From Phoronis australis (Eukaryota > Animalia > Phoronida), in NCBI GenBank assembly GCA_002633005.1, contig NMRA01000174.1, positions 158,516 to 222,515 of the forward strand: a stretch of DNA of 64,000 nucleotides. Direction: 5' to 3'. This document shows, piece after piece, positions 11,883-25,994 of the stretch. Both the position numbers and the translations under genes were made by a program. The notes beneath the pieces were generated by a model. It saw nothing but the letters and a program-made list of their open reading frames with translations, did no database searches and had not been told where the DNA came from. The number at the start of each line of letters is the position of its first letter. The stretch's first letter is position 1.

Positions 11883-13541
11883 CTATAAAATAAGCAATTC
11901 ACAATGTATAAAGTAAAACAAACAACTTTTGTGCACAATCATCTTTTAAATGTGACACAGAAAAAATCTGGTCAAAATTCTAGAAATGTAAGTGTCTTCC
12001 CAGCATAATAATAAAAATGCTACCTTCCCGCTTACACAAACGCACATGCACACACAAACACACGAGCCAGTGGTAAATGAATCACTCCAGAGATTACAAC
12101 TAGGGCACAAATAAGTCATGCCTTACTTACTGACTCTCATCTACTCAATCTACACGGCTTGTATGATTTATTAATGCCTTAGCCACTTAATACCTATAGC
12201 CAAGCACACTTATCTGTGCTAAAAATTAGACACAGAAACGATTTCTCATTGGGTAAGTCAAGACCAACCTCGTCATACAAACTCACATGGTACAGAGGAA
12301 TTGATTGCTCTCATATGTTCAATTCCAAGATGTGAGAAGCATCAGTACTTAATTTTGAGATATAATGGTGAATTGCATTTAGAGAATCGATGAAATCAGT
12401 AGAACACTAGTTAATTTAATCAGAACAGGTTGTTTTCACCGTAGTGTGTATGGTATTGCCCGTCTCGGTGAACAAAATACATTAAAACTATAATTTGCAC
12501 ATCAAGACATTTTGATGTCTCAGTCTTACCGAAACACATTGCTGCAATAGCCCACGTGACTTATCTGACACAGCTCAAAACATACCCAAAAATGCACTGA
12601 TAATTATTCTGAATGTTTATGTTTAGACATGGGTACCAAAAGTTTATGGAAATGAAGCTTTGAACTTTCAGAGATAAAATTAACGCATTTTTGTTTTATG
12701 GCAATATTAGAGAATTAGCTAGTTTCCCACCATGATGTCTGCGGTGACTACACAGTTGATATTGATATTGATATTACATAGAGGTAGGAATTACCACCTT
12801 TCCCATGTGTATTCACTTTAGACCTCATTTATAGTACATTATCATTATCCTTAAGCTACCCAGTAAACATGCTCTTTATTTGTACTTCCAGGTCCCCATC
12901 ACTCTTTCAATGAAGATTTGAAATGAAATGATGAATGCTTATCTAAATATATTCATAATTTCAGAATAAAAATTAAAATCTTTTCCAAAAACAAGACCAT
13001 GACAACAGATGCCCACTAGAATAAATCAGAATACGTGATCGTTAAGAAATATTTATTTTTGGTATCTTAAGCGACAGAAAAGCTTTCATAAAGAAAAATA
13101 TCCCTTTTCAAATCAAAACTGATTTGACACGTGATAAGTAATAAAATGTAACCCAACTTAGCTTAAGCCTCCAATCAATGAAAACAATTTCAGGACGTAA
13201 ATTAACATTAATTCTAAGTATCATTGATAGCTCTTCAAAAATGTATTGAATATGTGCCGGTGTCTTGTTGAATCTTAATCAATGGACATTAATGAGGCTT
13301 ATTCCATGAGGGTTTCTCTCTCCGGACTAATGAAAGGAGTGCGTCAGCCAAAATCCAGACTAACACAACACCCTAGTAGACTGGTAAAATGGATACCCAA
13401 AACAATACCAAGTAATGAAAACCCTAACTGGACACAACATTTTCACTTCCCCACCATTTGCACTTGTTTTGTTTACTAAGGTACAAGAAGATGATGCCTC
13501 AATGCCACCAATACACTAACCTAAGAATGCGCATAACCTAC

Positions 13542-13553
13542 CTGAGATGATAC
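13542..13553 (-). CDS. Candidate 12-nt microexon (GTATCATCTCAG)
   Basis: Acceptor tattttgtcctcag, donor CAG|gtaggt, 12 nt apart; frame-preserving. Confidence 0.35.
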
Positions 13554-16500
13554 CTGAGGACAAAATATACAAGACCATACACGAGAGGGTCAAGTCTAAA
13601 CATTCCTACTAAGCCTACCAACCAGCTCTTCCTAGGGGGGACTTCATTCATTTATTTCAAGGCTGCTTTGAATACATAACAAGACAACAAGACACTATCC
13701 TGGAAAGTAAAATTAATGAAGTTGATTAGCAGCTTATAAATCTGCCAAAGGATCCATTAAAGTTATGTAATAGAATTTCAGATCTGCTCTATTTGTGTGC
13801 AGGCTGCCGGAGTCGAACACAGCTACATTGAATTTTGTACCTGGAAAAATGGATATACCATACTCATCCAGGTTTACAACTGACCCCAGAGCACATAAAT
13901 TAGGTAACTAAAAATGAGAAGGGCGTTAAGCCAATGATGCCATGGACATTTAAAAACAAAATTCTTCAGAACTTATCCATCGTAGTAGGATCATGGGGGT
14001 ACTAGTATTTCCTTGATTGCACAAGACGAGGTCCACCTGCTGAAACCCGTGACTGTTCATTACCCAAAAGTACGGTAAATCTCCACTTTTTTCGCCCAAA
14101 AATAAATGCCAAAATTACACTTTTCCATTATTCAAACGTTGATTACATTTGCTAAGTATAATGAAAACGTCACCATAGATGTGTTTTATGACATCTCTCA
14201 GCCGAGAACAAACCATGCTAGTAATAGATTAAAATATTTTTAATCCTTATTTTTGTGGAGAATTTGACAAAACAAATTTGCACTTGTCGGCCATATTGTG
14301 TGCTGAATAAGAGAATTACTTTGAGTTTTATACGTTTTGGGAACAAGAATTTTTGTAGAGTCATGGCTTTCAATTGCCCAACTCTTCCAGACCTGGCAGT
14401 CATGTGCATTCCAATCATTAGGCAAATCTTATGATAATAGGATTTGCATGCAAGTAGACAAGAAAGCATGCACCATTTACCGCAGAGTATCCAGCAAAGT
14501 CCTCGTCATATCAAAGGCTTGATGACACTGTCAAGGATTGAAGTGAGCTTGGTCGCTATGCACTTGGCCAAACTTGCTAGATGAGATAATTGCGGCCATA
14601 AACCAACACCCCTGCGCGCCAGCTTCAACGCCAAAAAAATCAACAATAAATAAACAACCAACGTGACTGTTTTAAAAAGTGAAAGTAAATAGTAGCTGTC
14701 TTTGAATTTTTAAAATTGATTCAAAGTAAAAGAAACTAAAGAGTAGTTATTGACTTCAGTATCACGGCTAAGTCAGGAGCATTTAATTTGTGAATCGAAC
14801 AGTACAGGTAAGTCACTGTCTGGCTTAGGCTCCCTTAGGCGTTGGGGAAAAACCCAACTGTTACAGCAAGAATTGTCTTATGATAGTGGGTTACGTGCTG
14901 CTCAAATGGGTGACTTTATCACCATGCACCAGTTATCCTGTGAAAAGGTCAGTGACTTTTCTGACAAAATTCCCTACAAAAGGATTCACTTTGTCCTAAA
15001 CTCTATGAAAAGGTACCTTTTCCTACTGTAAAAAGAGCTTTTGTCTGCAAAACTTTGCCTGGTTGTAAATCCCATTTTTGACAACATAGCATATTTTGTG
15101 GTACTGCCCGCTTGAGTGTGCCTAGAAAAACTATGAGATCAGTGATCACTCTTTTATAGATGAGTGTGGGTCTTTTCCGTCCAACCTCTAAAAGTGTGGG
15201 TATTCTTAATTTACTCCGTAAGTCAACACTAGCGTATTAACTTACTTAGATCCGATCAGATTATCTACCGATCAAATCAGTTGCGATATTTTCAGATGAA
15301 AAAGCATGACGCATCATCAAATAATATCAAGCATCAAAAGGCAATACCAAGCAACCATTACTGCTTTTGATAGCATCTTCAGCTTCAATTTCTTGCAAAC
15401 TGTCCCTTTGCCGGAGTGTATTTGAGCGAACTCATGAAATTTTGTCAATTTCCACGACACAGTGTTTGGCAGCTTTAGATCGACGAAATGGTCTCGTCAT
15501 CTGCTATTTGAATTTTAGAGCTGCACCTCCTATCAATGATACAGAGCAGCACCCTCTCTCCACATCTGCCTGCGTATGCCTACCATACAATAACAAACAT
15601 AACCATGTAACAGATGGACTAAGGGAAGTAATTATGACACGGAATCTCTAATGGTTTTAAATTATCACCTTTCAATGTAATGGGAGTACAAATTGCTAGT
15701 CATTCATGTTAATGCACTTCATCAAATTTACCCAACCGAAACATGAGCACAGCACAATGTAAAGCTACCTGTAACCATAATAAACAAACCGTTTGCTTTT
15801 GACTCTGCTTACCTTAAGAATATTTGCAGACACCACAGATAGTCTTGTACCAATTATTCCTATGATTCCTTTCTATTTAATCTCCACTCCAAACTTCAAC
15901 GTTGGTAAGAGTATAACAATCACTGGTCAAACACAGGTAAGAACCCTGAAGTCAACTCACACCACCAAATACAACTGCAGAACACAAAACAGAGAAATCA
16001 ATAAACCAAAGTAGTCTATACAAGCTATGCTAGGGATCAAGTCTTAAGACCTTTTCCCACTGACTTCAATCTGCTACAAGAGGCATTGATGCAAAGAGTA
16101 AAAATGACTTGAACTTTTCCATTAGCTTCGTTACTTTTAAGTGGCAATAAAATTGCCTTCCATGACAAAAAACAAATTTTGGTTTCCAACCACTTATCAT
16201 TATGAATTGGTCCTTAGTCAAATTTGTGGTGATTACAGGAATTGGAAAGAAGTGATAGACTTTACAGATGGCTGTCACAACCTGTATTGAGCATGCATCC
16301 CGAGGAAAAACGAACCAGAGTAGTTCTTTGCAAACCCAGATATCACGTCTCATCCTGGTAAGGAACAAGCCGAGACCAATTTTATAGTGGTATGTGGTAA
16401 AAAATAAAAAGTTCTTTTTTTTAATTGAACGGTGGAGTTCATGCCACTTTGGTAAACAATGAAGACATTGGCCTCGTGGTGGTAAGGTAAGCAAAGTTAT

Positions 16501-17594
16501 TGCAAGGTGGCGCTGCAGTTTTTAAGTTTTAAGTGTGTGATTAATTTTCAAATGTGATGTCAAGCACTGGTACGGATAATAACTGCATAGTTAAATGCTT
16601 CCTGTAGTCCGTTATTGACAGCGACATCTGGTGATCATTTCTGAGACACCTATTAGTAAAGTGTCCCACTGAATAATGAGTTGAAATTTTGCTGCGAAGT
16701 TCATTTCTACACTGCAAAGTAAACTACGGTAGTGTTTTTAACTATGATCCAAGACTGACTTTTAGCTCAGGGTAGAAATAAAAATCGCATAAAATTGATG
16801 TCATAGAAAACCTTTTTGCGATAGGTTTCCAGTCCGTCACCAACTCAAATCATAGGCAGTGTGTACATGCACTATTTTTGAATTCATAATTCATCATTCA
16901 ACCCCAATAAACTCTGAAGGTTTCCATGAATCGATAATGCTTTTGATGTTCTTGCTGGTAAGGGAAATATACTCCTATTATGGTAATAAGTATTATAAGA
17001 CTCATTTTGTGAGAGTAAAAGGACGCAAATTCATTTTTAGCCAGCTATAACTTCAGGGTGAAGTCCTGTTTGTGAGATTTAAGCGTTCCCACTGACCAAC
17101 GCTTCCAAAAGAGCAGTAAACGTCAATAGGAAAGAGCCACGAAAGTTAGAACACAACAAAATTAAACTGTGTGCGCAAGAAATAATTGATCTACAGCTGC
17201 TTTGCACAACAAGTAATTGCCAAAATTGACAATTTACTAGCACTCAAAACAGATTAATTTAATTGCTACTAATAACCCCTATTTTAACAAGAGCTCTTTA
17301 GAGACAGTTGTACAGCCACACTACTGAGAGTAGGAACTTCTTTATGTTCATTTTTTGCTAAAAATATGAAATATAAAATTCCACATGCAACATATTGTGT
17401 GCTATATAAAAATGTCAATGGTGATGAAATTTCATATCAAAGTTAAAAATTAATGAACATAAACTTTAAAACTAAATATCTGTTTTCACATAACTTCAAA
17501 AAGATTTGACTATCCCAAGTTTGAAGTGATGCAATGGCTTGCAATACACACAGATAACATGATACATCCCATCATCTCAGTTGGAGACATTGAG

Positions 17595-17918
17595 CGCGTG
17601 AGCCGGTTCACTGCATTTTTCCAGCTTGTGGAACTATTTCTATGATAGCGATAGTACACTCATGTTCTTATGTGACTTTCTGTTTTTAACCACCAGACTT
17701 GAGCCAGAGCAGATTCACGTATAAGGTAATTCTAATGGGAAAGTCACTCAGCGACATAATATGGTTATGAAATGTGTAAAAAGCACAAAATACATCTATT
17801 GCCACAGGTCGTGGATCAAGGGGGTTGTGGATTGTGGGGGTCGTGGATTGTGGGGGTCGTGGATTGTGGGGGTTGTGGATTGAGGGGGAAGAGGGTCGAG
17901 GGGATTTTAGAACAATCC
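17595..17918 (-). mobile_element. MITE family A, inverted partial copy (left end)
   Basis: Reverse complement of about 17947-18260; ends TTTTAGAACAATCC. Confidence 0.8.
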
Positions 17919-17946
17919 TCTTTGCATTTGCAAAAGATGAAAAATC

Positions 17947-18788
17947 AAATAGTTCTAAATCCCCTTCGACCCCCTCACCTCTTGGCCCCCTCGACCCACA
18001 ACTCCACGACCCCCTCAACCCACGACCTGTGGCAATACAGGTGTTTTTGCAATTTTTACATATTGCATAATCTTATTATGTCGCTGAGTGACTCTCCCAT
18101 AAGACAAGGCATCAACCTACATGCGAGTGAGCTCTGGGTCAAGTCTGGTGATTAAAAACAGAAACTGGCGTGAGAACGTGATCTGAAATAGTGCATATTG
18201 GGAGCGCGCTATCGTGTTACAGAAATATTCTACCAACAGCCCAGTTCTATAAAACTTAGGGAGATAGTACGTTAACACAAATGTACATAATTTCACATTT
18301 TTATTATTTACTTTCTGTTGCCTCGTTTACAATATACTCCATATAATGTTGAAATATTTTTTAGTAAACAGTTTGTGTTTTTTCAAACTGCATTTACTGA
18401 TCAAATTAGTTTTGTCAGTAGTCCTCGCACTCTTCACAAAAAGATTGAATCTGAAATTCACTGAAGAGCAGACAAGACGATTACGCTCTGCCAGAAATGA
18501 CATTTGTAATGTTGGTAGGTCTTTGATTTGATTTGGTCGCGTTTTTTTCTGTTTTTGTTTTTCAAACTTGCCGAACAGACTGTCTTAAGTGCAAAAAAGT
18601 TCAGAAAAGCCAGATGTATTCATGGCCCAACTCATTGGTCCTGCAAGTCTCTTGTTTTATGTTCAGATCGAGTCGAGCTTGTGTAGACAGTGGGTCAAAA
18701 GCCTCAGGGTTTTGGGTCATGGGGTTGAAAGGGTCGTGGGTCAAGTGTTGTGGGGGTCAAGAGGGTCAAAGGGGTTTTAGAACTATCT
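17947..18788 (+). mobile_element. MITE family A, full copy
   Basis: Same TIRs and internal sequence as 21771-22626; flanks TGAAAAATC / CAAAAAATC. Confidence 0.85.
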
Positions 18789-18917
18789 CAAAAAATCATA
18801 TATTTAAAAGCAAAAGATTCATTCATACAGAGCAGTGACTCAGGCAGTGAAGGAACCAATGAAGGATAACTGTCAAACATGGTTTCCCCTACTTGGAACA
18901 AGGCAAGCAGTCACTGA

Positions 18918-19145
18918 GATTTGCCATCTCCTGAACTGAGCTGAAACTTAGGTGATGGAAGACCAAATACTGTAACGTTGGAAAACCTACCTACAACTGC
19001 AGCGGAAGCCCTTTTTGAAACTTAAAAGCATTGCTGCACACTGGCTCTAATCCATATTCGCTATGAACACTCATTTGATCTTGACGAACTGGTCACCACG
19101 TTTGCAGAGCGCTATGCCAGAAAACTCCAACTTTACCCTTTACCA
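18918..19145 (+). pseudogene. hAT-family transposase C-terminal remnant
   Basis: Frameshifted 'DLPSPEL...WKTKY', then 'LALIHIRYEHSFDLDELVTTFAERYARKLQL', which matches the hAT dimerization-domain tail pattern LAL.HI......D.D.V...FA....R+L. Confidence 0.75.
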
Positions 19146-19744
19146 TATAAAGAAGGCACTGGTTGACCACTTGGTGAAATAAACGTTATCTTTATAAGGC
19201 TCTGTTCTGTTCTGTTCTTGGCAACTTCCTTGTACGACCGCCAAGTTTATATTGTGCATGATACATAATTAATGCATGTTGTAAGTAGTTTCAAAATGAC
19301 AGGTCTTATGAATATTGATAATAGTGGAAGAAACTTCTGTTGGGCAAGAATTAGATGTTTAGTCACAAGTAATAACGTATACTCGAAGAAATCAACATGT
19401 TTATTTCTTTGACAAATTTGACCTGGAGAACAATGTGGCCACAAACCTAAATCATCATGATTTCCATAAAGCATAATGAACATTGGATGCGATACAATGA
19501 TGTTTTGCCTTGCAACGCAAAGACATTTGAGTTTTTGTTTGTCACACAGTAATTGCCTTACCTACATACTTTCGACTCACTGTGACTGCAGTGTGCACAT
19601 GTTGAATAGCTAGTGCTCTACTTTTTTCTGAACCACACAAGCAATTATCGCCTCCTGAATGTGCACAGGCGGTGTTGTATCGTCTCAAATTAAAGTGCGA
19701 GTGCAATGTTGTCTTCCCGATAATCGCGCAACGTCACTATCTTC

Positions 19745-20240
19745 TTTCTGCCATGTCAGTGGGAGAATACCGCCAAAATCATCACAATCTCCATAACTGG
19801 GCCTGCGATGTTGCCTGATCCGATTTTTCAGGGCTTGTATGGTTTCACCAATATGTGTTTCCAAACAAGCCATGAATAGTCGGATCAGTCAACATCGCAG
19901 GCCCAGTTACAGAGATTGTTATGATTTGCCGATATTCTCCCACATGGCTGGTACGGATCATTCTTTGTCCATGGAGGCCTGATGTCACTATTCTAGAAAC
20001 TGGTTCAGGCGTGGGGTTAAGGAGGCAGTGGAGAATCCCAGTTTAAACAGTGAAGGGGACTTGAGATTTCTGTTACCAAGAACTTGGGATAGGGCACTAA
20101 AGAGTATCCCGCACAAACTGTACTATTGATCACATGATGAGTCACGTGACACCTGAGTGGCCTGCCGAAGTCCTCGAGATTAGGATGCAACGTAGCTAAC
20201 TCAATCTTTAAGTCCAGTAATTGATTTATTTTTTTTTCAC
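19745..20240 (+). mobile_element. Penelope-like retroelement remnant: degenerate GIY-YIG endonuclease C-terminus with inverted 5' piece and 3' pLTR/hammerhead
   Basis: Minus strand reads 'HIGETIQALKNRIRQHRRPS'. Plus strand reads 'SRISQHRRPS...IFSHM...NWFRRGVKEA..NPSLNSEGDLRFLLPRTWD', typical of PLE GIY-YIG tails. Inverted arms lie at about 19750-19823 and 19880-19948. Confidence 0.88.
20154..20203 (+). ncRNA. Minimal type I hammerhead-ribozyme-like motif (degenerate copy)
   Basis: TGAGTGGC-CTGCCGA-A-GTCCT..AGGAT-GCAA-CGTA-GCTAACTCA; stems I and II pair, palindromic ACGT stem III. Confidence 0.6.
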
Positions 20241-20319
20241 ATAATGACTGGTAATGACTAATGTGTCAGCAAAATTCTAGAATGGCTTATTAGCCACCTT
20301 ACTAATCTTTCCTGTTAAT

Positions 20320-20440
20320 GCCCTTCATTCTCAGACATGGGGGACTGAAGCTTCTCTGACCATAGCGTCAGCCTCTGTCCAGCCGTCATGATGCAGAATT
20401 TTGGGCAATTTTGTCGGAATACTTTTGACGTGTACTGAAG
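20320..20440 (+). repeat. Short interspersed family F (other copies at about 39350-39460 and 50088-50205)
   Basis: Shared CCAGC..TCATGA..GAATT.TGGG.CATTTTGTC.G.ATACTT..TGTACTG in three same-strand copies. Confidence 0.7.
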
Positions 20441-21770
20441 CGTAATATGTTGCTTGCAAATATTTCCTGTGAGAGCACTAGCTGAGTTGGTCAGCAGCAG
20501 ATGGAAAGAGCCGGCTGGTGAACACTGAACCTTTATTTAAAAGCTTCCTAGAAACAGGGGGAGTGTCCGTCAGGAAATTGGGAGATGATAAGTATGCTCT
20601 TAATAAAGAAATACATTAGCAGCTATATGTGCATTTGTGGCCTAACCAAAAGCTTTATATGTATCAGTGTACAAACTCTCTGATAGTGTAAAACTGCAGA
20701 TCTCTGCAACCATGCTGATGCATAGCTGTCTTATGTTGCAAAACAAACAAACTTGGACATCTGGATCTGGCCATAGTGCAAAACACACACAGAAGTAAAG
20801 AGTTAAGTCTAGTTTTCAATGTTTCCACTTATCCCTGAATGAAATTTCCATTATGGGACATAAAACTCTCTCACGTAAGGATCATAATATGGAAAGTTGA
20901 TATAAACACAAAAAACATGCACAAAAGACAAAGCATGTACTGTTATCACAGACCAAATCAAGAAAGCACCTAAAGTGCACATAACTCTGCCAATACATCA
21001 CTCACTATTCATGAGAGACAAAAATCAATTTAAGAGCAACTGAAGAACATGGCATAATGATTGCACATAGTTTTCATGTAGTCTAAGCGTTTTTCATCGT
21101 TTCGACCACATATAACCATTGTCTTCAAATTCTAAAAAATGGTTCTGGGTCCATTGCAACCGATTTGGATAATTTTATCAAGCATAACTTTTAAATTCAT
21201 CGCTTTCACAAAAACATACCTATACAAACCCCAACAAACCAAATGACTTTTAAGTCTTATTGTGGCAGGAACTATTTGAAATCCAACTCAAAATCAAAAT
21301 CAAAAGAAAAATTTATCAAAAACCAACCTCTCCGTACTTAAACATTTTTTATATGCAGCTGAGTTATAATGCATTAACGTATGGCGTGTATCAGATTACC
21401 TACTCATTTCTTCCATTAACTTTAAGACTCTCTGAGCCAGGAGAGTTCTCTACAGCATACTACAATAGATTAAGAGCTAATAAATTAATTAATGAGCAGG
21501 CCTTAATCATAAAGTGAAAACTCTAGGAGCTCTGCATTAGTCACTCTTATCCACAACTGCATATTTTGCATCCTTAATTCTAGAGTGGGAAGTGTGGACA
21601 CGTTTTTGAGCTAAGATGAACCAGTTAAATTGCAATGCCCTTATGGACAAAAGGAACATCCAATTTAAGACATGGCTAATACCTCACTGTACCTGCTATT
21701 GATGATGATTATTAGGTGCAAATGCGATTATGTGCAAAATTATGAACCAGAGATATTTAACAAAAAATAT

Positions 21771-22626
21771 GGATAGTTCTAAAACCTCTTCGACCCCCTA
21801 GAACCCCACACCCCTTGACCCACAACCCCCTAGAACCACAACCCCACGACTCATGACCCCCTCGACCCATGACCCCTCGACCCATGACCTGCGGCAATAG
21901 AGATGTTTTTGCGATTTTTACATATTGCATAATCTTATTACATCGCTGAGTGACTTTCCCATAAGACATACCTACACGCGAGTCTGCTCTGGCTCAAGTC
22001 TGGTGATTAAAAACAGAAAGTGGCGTGAGAACGTGATCTGAAATAGTGCACTGTGAGCCCGCTATCGTTCTTACGGAAGTAGTTTTACCAGCGGCTATGA
22101 ATGGCCCAATTCTACTAAACTGTGAGAGATGGTATGTTTTTTGCTTTCTGTCGTACACTCATTTACAATATACTCCGTATAACGTTGAAATACTTTTTAG
22201 TAAACAGTTCGTTTTTTCAAACTGCATTTACTGATGAAATTACAGTTATGTCGGATCCTCGCACTCTCTGCAAAAATGATTCAATCTGCCATTCACTGAA
22301 GAGCAGACGAGATGATTACACTTTGCCAGGAACAACATTTGTAACATTGGTAGGTCTTTGACTTGATTTGGCCACGTTGTTTTTTTCTGTTTTTGGCTTT
22401 CAAACTTGCTGAATAGACTCTCTTAATTGCAAAAAGACAGGGAAAGCCAGCCGAGCTCATGGCCCAACTCAATTGTCCTGCAAGTCAGCTCTTGTTCCAT
22501 GTTCAGATTGAGTCGAGCTTGTGTAGACTGGGTCGAGGGGGTTTTGGGTCGTGGGGTTGAGGGGTTGTGGGTTGAAGGGGTCATGGGTTGAGAAGTGTGG
22601 CGGTTGAAGGGGTTTTAGAACTACCT
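21771..22626 (+). mobile_element. MITE family A, full copy (Mutator-like)
   Basis: TIR GGATAGTTCTAAAACC...GGTTTTAGAACTACCT with C-rich/G-rich subterminal repeats. Flanks AAAAAATAT / AAAAAATAC look like a 9-bp TSD with one mismatch. Confidence 0.85.
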
Positions 22627-25600
22627 AAAAAATACACAATGCTTCAAATATAGGCATGTGGTCTACATGTCCACACATACACAGGCACTGACATGACAGT
22701 TTCACAATATGAGTAATTAGGCAGCAGTCCATCTAGCAAACAAAACTTTTTGGCTAAGTTTTATTGTATTTCTTCAGGAAAAATACAGTTAACCTAAGTT
22801 TCCATGAGCAATTCAATTCCAAAAGCAAAATAGTTTGAAAATCATCAATTTCCATCAACAAAACTGCAAATTATTTTAGCTGTGTTTACTTGCTGGGAAA
22901 TCGTCCACAGAAAAGGAACATGCAGTGGATCAGAGTTCGCAATATTGAGAATTAACGATGTCCATAGTTCTTTTACAAATCTTCAGAAGTACGTACAAGA
23001 TGCTCCAAAATTGAAATATATTGTTTCTCATCAAGAATTCACTTCCTCGGGATATAAAATATTAGCCTTTTTGAAATCCACTAAAGATATGAAAAAACAT
23101 GGACCAAAAACGTAATCGTTCAAGCCTCACACACACTGCAAGTATTTGTGTTACCTTGAAATTTCCTAAGCTACTTACATGACTCAGCAAATGAGAAAAG
23201 ATCAGATAGTCATTTCCAAAAGGATTCGCACAGATCAATTGAAACTCTTTTGAAGGCAATTCTCTGGAGCGTGATACAGACAGAGCATCATGGGTAGAAT
23301 TTTCTACCTGCCAGTCAAACAGTAGCACTGGATTCTCATGTTATAAAGCACTTAATCTTGTTAAACATTTTATTGAAACAGACATTAGACGTACATTGCT
23401 AACACTAAATTCAATATTTCTGACATATTTACCGATCTGCTATTTTTAATTTGTATTCAGAACCCACTCCGAAATTGTGCATCAAATTTTCATTTATTGA
23501 TTGTCCTTGTGGATAGTTCCGTTCAGCTTGTTGTCAACAGTGATCTATTTTTGAACAACTGGATGGCTTAACTGTATTCCGGAAACAAAATAAAACAAAA
23601 TGAAACAAGATGAAATAAACCTTAACTTTAAATGAGGGTTTAAAACAGTTTTAATTTATCGTTGTTTCTTTCATATTATGTATTTTGGCCTTTGCCTATT
23701 TCAAATTTACAAAAATATTTGGGTGTCACAAAATAAAATTGAACAGCCACTTAAACAAAGGCGCCACTGGCAACTATGTGAAATTTACATGGGTGACTGA
23801 AAAACCATCTAAAGTGAAATAAATGATTGACTTCGTTTTGAAGCGTATTAATTTTGTTGTGCAGTAACGTTTTAAAGGTGTTAATTGTATTTTCCGCCAG
23901 TTTACTCATTTTCTTACCATAGAGCGTAACTTTTTTTGATTTGAATATTTCAAATTTTAGTGTTTCACTTGAGTTCATACACAGAAAGTTACAGCGTTGT
24001 ATTGTTTATTTTGATATTTTATTTTAATGCCCGCCACATTTTTGTGAAATAAGAAAAAATTTGGGCTTAAACTTTCACATAACAATGCACAATTTGACCT
24101 TTACAAAATCATGCCAATTTCAAAATGAAAATTACCCTGCTGCATTTCACTGGATGGCAATTATATTAAATTTTATATGTTGTTTGGAATGTAAAATAAG
24201 TCAAGTTGATGTGAATGATCTGAGACAAGAATTTTTTTATAATGTATTCAAAATTGTCATTTGAATTAATATAAACCAAATGTCTACACTTGGGTTGATC
24301 AGTATGACGTTGTGAAATTTGATGTCGCTGTTATTATCAAATGCCAAAATACCAAAAAGTCAAGGCAAAATCAACATTTTTCAAACTAAATAAAATTATG
24401 TTATTGAACTAAATAACATCATTCAAATGTTTCATAAGTTACTGAATATCATGAAACAAAGACTGCTTCACATTTTTTGGCAACCTGCATTGAATCGTCT
24501 TTTGCTGTATTTTGCAAAAGGAGCAAATGCAGTGAAAAAGGCAAAAAAAAAACAGGTCGACATTAAAAAACAAATGTTACCCATCTTCGGATTTTCAAAA
24601 TCACTACATTGTAAAAATATAGTTATTCAGAAGAATTTAATGCGACAAGTAATATCACACAACATCATTCCACTTATGACCTTGATGGTCTTCAGCACAA
24701 GGACAAATCAACCAAAGTCTGGGCTTCTATGTTATGTTCCACCCTCTTGCCAGACTTCCAAAACAAGTACATGCAGTCACTTGTATGCCTTGGCCAATCA
24801 AGCTACACCTCCAGGTTATTTATACCGGAATGGAGATTACGGAATCATTTTGTTGTTCACCTTTCAAACAACAGGAACAATAATGACTACGGTGTGCTAC
24901 AGCAACAATAATTATAGTGTTAGGACAATGTAAAATTAAAGATTTGGTGCAATCATTACTTAACAACCTCTTTAGAGCCTCTAGTCTCTGACATTATCCT
25001 TTGAACCATCTCCAATTGTTGCCAGGGCATCACACTACCCTATGAAAGCATCAGTAAGCACCCACAAGCAAGAATACAGTATAATTAACTGATGTTGATG
25101 AAATATAGTCTTATAGTCACAACCGCCAGAAGGTTTATCCACAATATTGTCTGCAGATTCTGTGAGTCTGAGCTGTGTTGGCAAATTTGAGAATAATGGC
25201 TTGGCATGGAGTGATGGAGTACTTCAGTTGAAAGTGAAAACAGTCATTAGCATTTGAGGGCAACTTGAAAGCGAATAAATGTAAGATCAATCCCTATAAG
25301 ATCTAAAGTATTAATATCAATACAAGAGGCAGATTATAGAGCTTTTCACTGCATTCATGAGGTAAATAGACCAATTCTAACTGTTATTATGTCCATTTTC
25401 AAAAACCTATACTGAATGATACCCTTTACCTGCATTTCATCTGCGAAAGCTTGATGCACATCCAATACATGTAAAACCTTCATGTAACGTAGTTACTAAC
25501 ATTTCAAAATGAAAAAGCAACACATCTGGGTGAAGGGCAGTGTAAAGAGAAACCTAATACGCTACCACGCAGCCCAAAAACAACACATGCCACGGCCTTT

Positions 25601-25994
25601 TTTTGCTTCAATTGTTCCCGATGTGAAATGGAGCAGGAAATAATGGCGTATGGTGCAACAAAGTACAGAGAGCAGTCATGCATGACTGTAAACTATCTAG
25701 AATTATCTTTGAAGTTTCCAGGATCATTGCCGCAATAAAATTATCCAGTCTGCAAAGTGACCTGAAATTGGCGGAACTGGAAATGGTACATTGATTATAC
25801 TAACATCTTGCAACTTCATCACAAAAATGGAACCTCACTGTAAAACCAGCCTTGCGTTAAATAAGGAAAGCGCTTCGAATCGCTTTCCGCGAGTGCTTCA
25901 GTGTCGGTAATGAACGATCTGCTTTCTGCGAGCGCTTTCCAAAAATTCAACATGACAGAAATATGAGTGTACATATAACGCATGAGCTGTCCTC

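Noticed and set aside
14750-14813. Plus-strand donor CAG|gtaagt at 14808 suggesting an antisense gene
   Set aside because: No ATG-led frame or matching downstream coding exon could be identified.
17686-18155. Overlapping Gly/Pro-rich ORFs
   Set aside because: By-products of the G/C-rich MITE subterminal repeats.
24427-24933. 168-aa plus-strand ORF
   Set aside because: No recognisable motif or clear splice framing; composition fits a chance ORF in AT-rich DNA.
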